NCBI RefSeq assembly: GCF_009914755.1
Contig: NC_060947.1
DNA from: the human T2T-CHM13v2.0 reference genome, Homo sapiens
DNA: 64,000 nt
Direction: 5' to 3' (one strand)
Within the stretch, counting starts at the first letter, position 1, and each line of letters begins with the position of its first letter. The notes beneath the pieces were generated by a model. The model was not told where the DNA came from, ran no database searches, and saw only the letters and a program-made list of their open reading frames with translations. Of the stretch, positions 53,724 to 64,000 are shown piece after piece. The position numbers and the translations under genes were made by a program.

Positions 53724-54614
53724 CTTTAAATTTTCTTCTTTTTGTCCTTAAAATTCTTCCCACTAAGGATAAGCAAAGTGTTGTGTTCTGACCTCACTTT
53801 ATATGAATACTTTCTCTGTATGTCTGTGTTATTGATTTGATGTACATGATTAGGTTTTTTTTTCCAATTTGTCTTTAATTTCAGAAATTTCTGTTTCTAT
53901 GACAGTGACATAACCTAACAAAATTCAGTTTCATTTGAATGAGTATGACATTTTCCTTATTCAAAAGTTAAAATTATATGCAAAGGTATATATAGAAGTC
54001 TTCCACAGATTCCTGTCTCGTATATTTCTTTTATCATCCCTTCCTCCTTACAACTTGGAAAAAGTGTTTCTTGTTAATCCTCTCAGTATTTTTTTGTGCA
54101 AACAAATACATCCATTCATATACATGTTCTTACTTTGTGAAAGGCATCACATTTTACATTATATTACATAATTTGATGTAAACTTAAATATTAAGTAGCA
54201 GACCTAACAGAAGACTTTCAGAGTTGTGTTAATGCTGTTTTTTATGTTGTGAGAGTTGAATCTGCTACACTGACTTCCACATTATTTTGTGATCTATGAG
54301 TTATGATCAACATGAGATAGTAGGTTCACTAGTAACTAAGTTCAAGTATGTAACACTGGAAAAACTGCTTGTTGCTTTATGACTTTGGGCAGAAAAACAG
54401 ACAGGTGAAATGCAGTTGAATACTTTGTAAATTATGGTTAGCCAAAGTAGGTGACATAGGACTAACCTGTGAAAGGGGACATAATGAAGTAAAACATTCA
54501 AGTAAAATGACATGATAATGGCATATTTGGCAAACATCTTCAGAATAGATTATATGTAGAAGTTGGAGGAGAAAAGTTTTTCCCTTTCCTAGTTGCAATT
54601 TATTATTATTATTA

Positions 54615-55030
<416 letters not shown>

Positions 55031-55801
55031 CATGAGCCACCATGCCCAGCTGCTAGTTGCAATTAATTTATTAATCAGGATAGCTAAGCACAGTCATTTA
55101 TGGTGGGTGGAGGGAGACAGAGGGAGAGGGAGATTGTGTTTCATGATGAAAAGATCATTTTGAGTATTTTTGCCAAAATAATAATCATAGAATAAGATGG
55201 AGATCCTTGCATATGAATAATCTTCTCAATCATGTTGTTCTCAGTGTTGCTACGTTATTTGGCAGATAACTTTTTGCCAGGAGGATAATTATAACACATT
55301 TTTTTTTGAAAGAGTGTTCTAATTGAGAAGTTTCTTTCCTGACTAATGACTTAACAAATAAACCATTGTTACAACAAACTGTGTCATAACAGCAAAGTTG
55401 CAATAACTATGAATCTAAGATAGTTTCAAGTTCTCTGTAGTAGAGTGTACTTTCAAGTCTATCCAAAACAAAAACGTTAGCTCTAATATATATTTGTTTT
55501 TAATAATATATTGCTCTTAATATTAAATATATGTTGAGTCATTATTTCGCCTCCTTTCTTAGCATCTCGATAGTTCTTTTGGGGATATTGATTTTGCAGG
55601 ATGCTTTAATGTATTTGTTGTTGTTTAGAAATAAGGCAGTCTTTTGGTCATAGTTCTAGGGAAGGTTTAAAAACTTCAGTCATCTTAGAGCTCAGATTGA
55701 GTTGGTCTGTTTGGATGGCATGCTAAAGTATATGAAATTTGCTTGGTTACAGGGCAAAATGTGAGAGTCCCCTAATGATATCTGGTACCAGTAATCTAAC
55801 C

Positions 55802-55836
55802 AGGTAGGTAGGTAGGTAGGTAGGTAGGTAGGTAGG

Positions 55837-55881
<45 letters not shown>
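55802..55881 (+). repeat. Compound STR (AGGT)9(AGAT)11
   Basis: Read directly; perfect units. Confidence 0.97.
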
Positions 55882-55882
<1 letters not shown>

Positions 55883-56994
55883 TCTCTTCTTACTGGATCT
55901 TTTTCATGCTGTATGCTTCCTCTCGAGTTTAATGGAATCAAGTGTTGCATTTTAGGGTAATTCCTAAATCTTAGTATCATCACATGAGGCCATTTAGTAT
56001 GCTAACCGTTGGATGCAGTTAGTTTGCGTTGCTGCTGGAAGATTGTTGCTGCTTTTTACCCTGGCTTTAAGTTGTGTGCTCTTGTGGGTAACTATGGGAC
56101 TTGACTTGTACTGTCATATTTTGAACAAGGGAAATAAATGTTTAACATTTGTTAAATAGGTTTCAATGACAGTTTTCATACTCTATGGTGAGCAACTTAA
56201 ATGTAAGGTTAGCTCTGGTTGTTCAAGTGTTTCCATGTTTTTTTGGAAAAGTTAGATTATTTCTTTTGATATTTTGCTGTAAATTTAACATAAGCTTTGG
56301 TGCATTTTACCTTATTAAACGGGAGACAAAAAGTCTCAAAATATTCTGAGTGTAGATATCAATGATTAGTGTCTTAATTTACAAAATGACATCTCAATAG
56401 ATCAGTAGTTATATGGTATGTGGTATGCTTGTTTAGTAGAAAGGTGTTCTTAAATGATCGATGATTTAAGTAAAATCCTGTGAGTTTATACCATATGAGA
56501 GAAGCTTGCTTGATAAAAGAGGTTTCAAATTTAATTTTTTATTGTGGTAAACAACAACATTTACCATTTAACCATTTTTTAAGTGTATAATTGAGTAACG
56601 TTAAATATATCCAACTGCTGTGAAACAGATCTACAGAAATTTTTCATCTTGAAAGCCAGAAACTCTATACCTATTAAACAACAACTCCCGTTTTTCTCTT
56701 CCCCTAGTCCCTGGTAACCATTCTACTTTCTGTTTCTATGAATTTGACTACTTCAGATACCTCATAAGTTGAATCATATGGTATTTGTCTTTTTTGTGAC
56801 TAGCTTATTTCAGTTAGCATAATGCCCTTAGGGTCCATCCGTGTTGTAATGTAGTACAGATGTTCCTTCCTTTTAAAAGGTGTGTAACTCATTTTATGTA
56901 TCTACTACATTTTGTTTATCCATATCTGTTCTATTCCACTGGTCTATTTGTCTTTATGCCAGTACCTCACAGTTTTGATTACTGTAGCTTTGTA

Positions 56995-57203
56995 CAGTAA
57001 GTTCTCACTTAGTGCCGTTCTTAGGTTCTTGGAAACTTGGGCTTTAAGCAAAGCGGTGTACAGCAGATCTTTGAACAATATCAATTTGTTCAGTGTTGTT
57101 TTGTTATAATGTTGATGAGGAAAAAAATTGGTTTCATTCATTATACGTCATTTTGCTTAACATTGGAGTTTCCAAGAACCTGTTGGTGATATTGAGGACT
57201 TTC
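56995..57203. mobile_element. Tigger-family MITE (MER82/MER6-like)
   Basis: ta-cagtaagttctcactt...ggttcttggaaact with inverted agtttccaagaacc...gaggactt. Confidence 0.72.
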
Positions 57204-57947
57204 TCTAAAATGCTTTGAAATTAGGAAGTGTGAGTCCTCCAACTTTGTTCTTTTCTTCCTAAAATTGTTTGGGCTTTTTGGGGTCCCTTGAGATTCTATA
57301 TGAATTTTCAGCTTAATTTTTTTCATTTTTGCAAAAAGTGCTATTGGAATTTTGATAGGGATTGTGTTGAATCTGTAGATTTCTTTGGGTAGTATGGACT
57401 TCATGATAATATTAAGTCTTCGAATTCATGAACACAGGATGCCTTTCTATTTGTGTCATCTTTCATTTCAGCAGTATTTTGTAGTTTTCAGTGTACAAGT
57501 CTTCTACGTGCTTGGTTAGGTTTAGTATTTTACAGTTTTTGATGCTGTTGTAAATGGAATTGTTTTCTTAATTTCCTTTTTGGATTGTTAGTATATACAA
57601 GAATTTTGTGTGTTGATTTAATATCCTGCGACTTTATTGAATTTGTGGTTATTAGTTCTAAGAGTTTTTATGTGTGTGTAAACTTTGGGATTTTCTACAT
57701 ATAAGATTGTGTCATCTGGGAACAGAGATAATTTTACTTCTTTCTTTCTTTCTAACTTGGATGCCTTTTATTTGTTACTTTTCCTGTCTAATTGCTTTGG
57801 CTAGGCCTTCCAATACTATGTTGAATAGACACGTAGTGGGAGTGGGCATCCTTGCCTTGTTCTGTATGTTAGAGTAAAAACTTTCAGTCTTTTACCCTTG
57901 AGTATAATATTAGCTATGAGTTTTTGACTTTTACTATGTAGAGATAG

Positions 57948-58363
57948 CGTCTTAGTCCATTTTCTGTTCCTTACAACAGAATATCTGAAATTAGGTACTT
58001 TATAAAGAAAAAGAATTTATTTCTTACAGTTAAGGAGGCTGAGAAGTCCAAGTTTTGAGGGTCCACATCTGATGAGAGTCTTCTTGCTAGTGGGAACTCT
58101 GCACAGTTCCTAGGTGTTGCAAGGCATCACATGGCAATGGGACTGAGGGTGCTTGCTCAGGTCTCTTTCTCTTCTAAAGCCACCTGTCCCACTCTCATAA
58201 CTATTAAATCATTAATCCAGTAATCCATGAATGGATTAACCTATTCATGATGGCAGAGCCCTCCTTACCCAATCTCCTATTAAAGACCCCACTTCTCAGT
58301 ACTGCCACATTGGGGATTAAATTTCCACGAGTTTTTGAGGGGACAAATATTCAAACCATAGCA
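57948..58363 (-). mobile_element. MaLR solo LTR (MLT1A/MST-like)
   Basis: gtcttagtccattt...gctgagaagtccaag...caaaccatagca. Confidence 0.85.
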
Positions 58364-59705
58364 GGTGATTTTTTTCTAGTTTTAACTTGAGTGTTTTTTA
58401 TAGTGAAAGGGTGTTGAATCTTGTCAAATGCTTTTCCTGCATCAACTGAGATGATCATGTGGTTTTTGTCCTTCATTCTGTTAATGTCCTGTGTTACATT
58501 GATTGATTTTTGTATGTTGAAACAGTCTTGCATTTCAGCAATAAATCTCACTTGGTCATGGTGTATAATATTTTAAATGTTTTAAATGATGAATTCTGGT
58601 TTGCTAGTATTTTGTTAGGAATTTTCGCATCAATATTCATCAGGGATATTGGTCTGTAGTTTTCTTATAGTGTCTTTTTCTGGCTTGAATTTAATTTTTA
58701 AAATGTAATTTGCATGCCTTACTCTTTGTCTAGGAATGTTTAAGATTAGAGAGAATTAAAAGAATTTTAGAGTACCACATATGTGTCTCCTGTTGTTACC
58801 ACTGTGTGGAATTACCAAGTGAAGAATCAAACTCTTAGATCTGAAATACGAATTGGGAAGTACTATAGTGTGTTGACAAACTGAATTATGAAAGCATATT
58901 TGATTTCTGAACTTGAATATGCATATAATTCAAGCCTATGAATTGTGTACTGTGGTTGTTAGCTAAAAGGTTAGTGGGTAATATCAAGTGGCTGGTAATG
59001 CTAAATATTTTAATAAGGTCAGCTAATCAGAAGTGAAAGGAACAAAAAAATTGGACATGTGACATATATGTGTTCTTATATAGTCATGCTAAAATGAAAA
59101 AAGAGGCATTACATATTAATAGTCACCACATTTTTAAATTTTGGGTTAAAATTTTTCATTCTCTATAAAGTGGTTTATTTTTCACATTGGTTTTATTGTT
59201 TTTAATCTACTGAATTGTTTTTTGGCTACAGTTCTATCTTCATTATCATGCAAATTATTAATAAAAATTCAGTAATTCATTGAGATACTTTTTACTACCT
59301 TGAGTAAATAAATGTGAAAACTTGTGATGTAATCTATTGAGAGTATGTGAAATGAAAATTTAGATTTCCCCCAACATCAAGCAGGATTATCCTGTGTTCA
59401 TCTACTCTTCTATGAAATCTGCCTTTTTTTGAAATTTGCCAGTGAGCCAGTGATGCCCAGTGTGAAATGGTTTAGATGGCAATAATATATTGTGCTTATA
59501 TCATGCTGTATACCATTTAACCCTTCTTGTAAATTTGATTTTTGGATCTGGATATTCATTTATACCAGCTAATATGGTCTCATTGGAAATGTTGATAGCC
59601 ACTACACCAAGTTGTAATTACCCATGTTTATTTGTTATGTCTTAACATTACAAATTGACATCACAAGTTACATCACAAAGTTATGTTAATAAGATGGAGA
59701 TGTAT

Positions 59706-59712
59706 ACACATG

Positions 59713-59744
<32 letters not shown>

Positions 59745-59759
59745 CACACACACGCACAC
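59706..59759 (+). repeat. Interrupted (CA)n microsatellite
   Basis: Read directly. Confidence 0.93.
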
Positions 59760-60672
59760 CAGTCCAGAAAGCTAACTGTAGAATGTGGTATTCAGATATA
59801 AGTGAGATGAAGAGTGGATAATGACAGTATTAAAACAATTATTAGCTATTGACCTTGGCAGACTGAGAAATGATTTTAAGGTGATAGTATATGATAAAAC
59901 AAATATTCTATCTGTTTTGATATTTGTCTTAGGATAGAGCCAGATAATGTCTAGTCAGCTGCAGCTTATTAGGGCTGACTGGGGAAAATAGTAGTCTTCA
60001 AATTAGATAGCAGATATGTATCCAATATGTCAACTATAATATGGTATCCAGTGTCTAGCAGCAGCCAGTGCCAGTATGGTCAGACAGATGAGAGGACAAT
60101 ATTGCGGCATTCAGGTTAAGGCAACTCAAGAGACAAATGGAGACTTTTTAGGGTGGGTTTATGGGCAGGATTCCAGTACCAGAATGAAGGTAGATGTATT
60201 ACAGCAGGAACATGTCAGACGGGGTAGGATCTTTGGGTGATTCAGGTACAGGTTACAATTGAGTACTGAGCACAAGTTGGCTCTGTGGGAATAGGACATA
60301 AGCCTTTTCTTGTCTCCCTCCAACCCCTAACTAAGGGGGTTGCTAAGTTCACAAGGCGTGCTAGGTTTTCTACAGACATCAAAAATGGTCATTGAGAACT
60401 GGGACAGCCTGAGTATGTAGGTTTGTCAAGGTGATCACAGTTGTGGTGATGGCTCGAGTCATGTTTTGAAAGTATTGGGGAAAGTGAGTAGACAAGAAAA
60501 CTAGGAATATTGCTGTGCACCTACTATAATACGCTTAAAAATAGGAAGGGAGCAGGTGGATGTTTCCCGTTTTGTAAATTTTAGTTTCTGGCAGTGTGTA
60601 GTGATGCTGTATCTGTAGACTGCCCCAGCTTGCTCCTTCCCCAATTCCTGAAAATAAAAGTTATTTTTGTAA

Positions 60673-62744
<2,072 letters not shown>

Positions 62745-63089
62745 TGAATTTCCCCTTCATAATTTCCTTTTTTGTACTAACAATAAGATTGTAAATAAAA
62801 AATTAAAAAATTACCCACCTTGATTTGTTACTGTATTCCTTTGCTTCTTTTTTGTTGTTATTATGTCTGTTTACCCACATTGGTACACAGTCATAAATAG
62901 TTTCAGTGTATGAATATTACATTAATTACATTGATGTACTATCAGTGGTACTTGGTTGGATGAATTTTTAGTATTTAGAAGCTTTAAAAATCCTATTTCA
63001 CTAGAATAGGGAGTTGGCCAGGTCAATAATTTTTTCTGTGTCTATCAGACCTTGACACAACATTTTTTTCTTTTAAAATTATATGTACC

Positions 63090-63255
63090 TGTCTGGGCGC
63101 AGTGGCTCACACCTGTAATCTCAGTACTCTGGGAGGTTGAGGTGGACAGATTGCTTGACCCTGGGAGTTCAAGACTAGCCTGGGCAACATGGTGAAACCC
63201 TGTTTCTACAAAATACACAAAAATTAGCTGGGCATGGTGGTGCTCGCCTATAGTC
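63090..63255 (+). mobile_element. 3'-truncated Alu
   Basis: Left arm plus start of right arm. Confidence 0.85.
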
Positions 63256-63487
63256 TATGGATAATTGGACATTTTGGTAATTCCTAATTTTAAGTGTTTG
63301 TATTATAGTGATGGTGGCATTTTAGAAGGGTGTATACATTTCCTGGATGTGATCCTTACATATAGAAGTATGTGACCCTTTTGGGAGGAGTGTTAAGGGT
63401 ATGGCATGTGGTGTGTGAATTTGCCAGCTTTTAGCAGTTGAATATTTCTGCATTTTTAGTGAGAGAATTAACATACCAGCTACTTAA

Positions 63488-63915
<428 letters not shown>

Positions 63916-64000
63916 CCTAAATTAAAGACCTTTAAAACAGTAATTATTTTGGGGGGAAAAAAATTAAATCATATCAAAGCAAGATATTAGGATGTTTTGT

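Larger units (their letters stand above)
56530..58685 (-). mobile_element. Old L1 with ORF2 remnants, interrupted by a Tigger MITE and a MaLR LTR
   Basis: ORF-track peptides RFNTIPIKIP, YKATVIKTVRYWHKDK and [20 protein letters not shown] are L1 ORF2 motifs, fragmented. Confidence 0.9.

Noticed and set aside
56944-58551. ORFs with reverse-transcriptase-like peptides
   Set aside because: Fragmented remnants of an ancient L1 ORF2, split by other elements; not a functional gene
60321-60342. Small hairpin caacccc...ggggttg
   Set aside because: A 7-8 bp stem is expected by chance; no supporting context

Overview
Primate (almost certainly human) genomic DNA with no protein-coding exon in the window. 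It shows the 5' end of a + strand gene: a CpG-island promoter (~5.85-9.75 kb) with several alternative non-coding first exons and splice donors (6702, 7281, 8271, possibly 8521), then more than 55 kb of first intron. I recognise exons 6973-7280 and ~8120-8270 from memory as 5'UTR exons of STAG2 (Xq25); this needs a BLAT check. The rest is a dense mosaic of about 60 Alus (mostly antisense), old L1/L2/MIR fragments, Tigger/MER DNA-transposon fossils, solo LTRs (MER51, MaLR) and microsatellites. Nearly all supplied ORFs derive from Alu, L1 or GC-rich sequence. I found no new multi-gene system. The most interesting signal is the architecture of the alternative 5' leaders: one carries an A42-G-A8 tract in frame with an upstream ATG (a poly-Lys stall uORF), and the other starts in a pyrimidine tract (TOP-like) and has an ATG-TGA start-stop. 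There are also two small retroposed inserts: a U2 5' fragment inside a MER96, and an orphan mRNA 3'-end retrocopy inside an old L1. Repeat boundaries were read by eye and are approximate.
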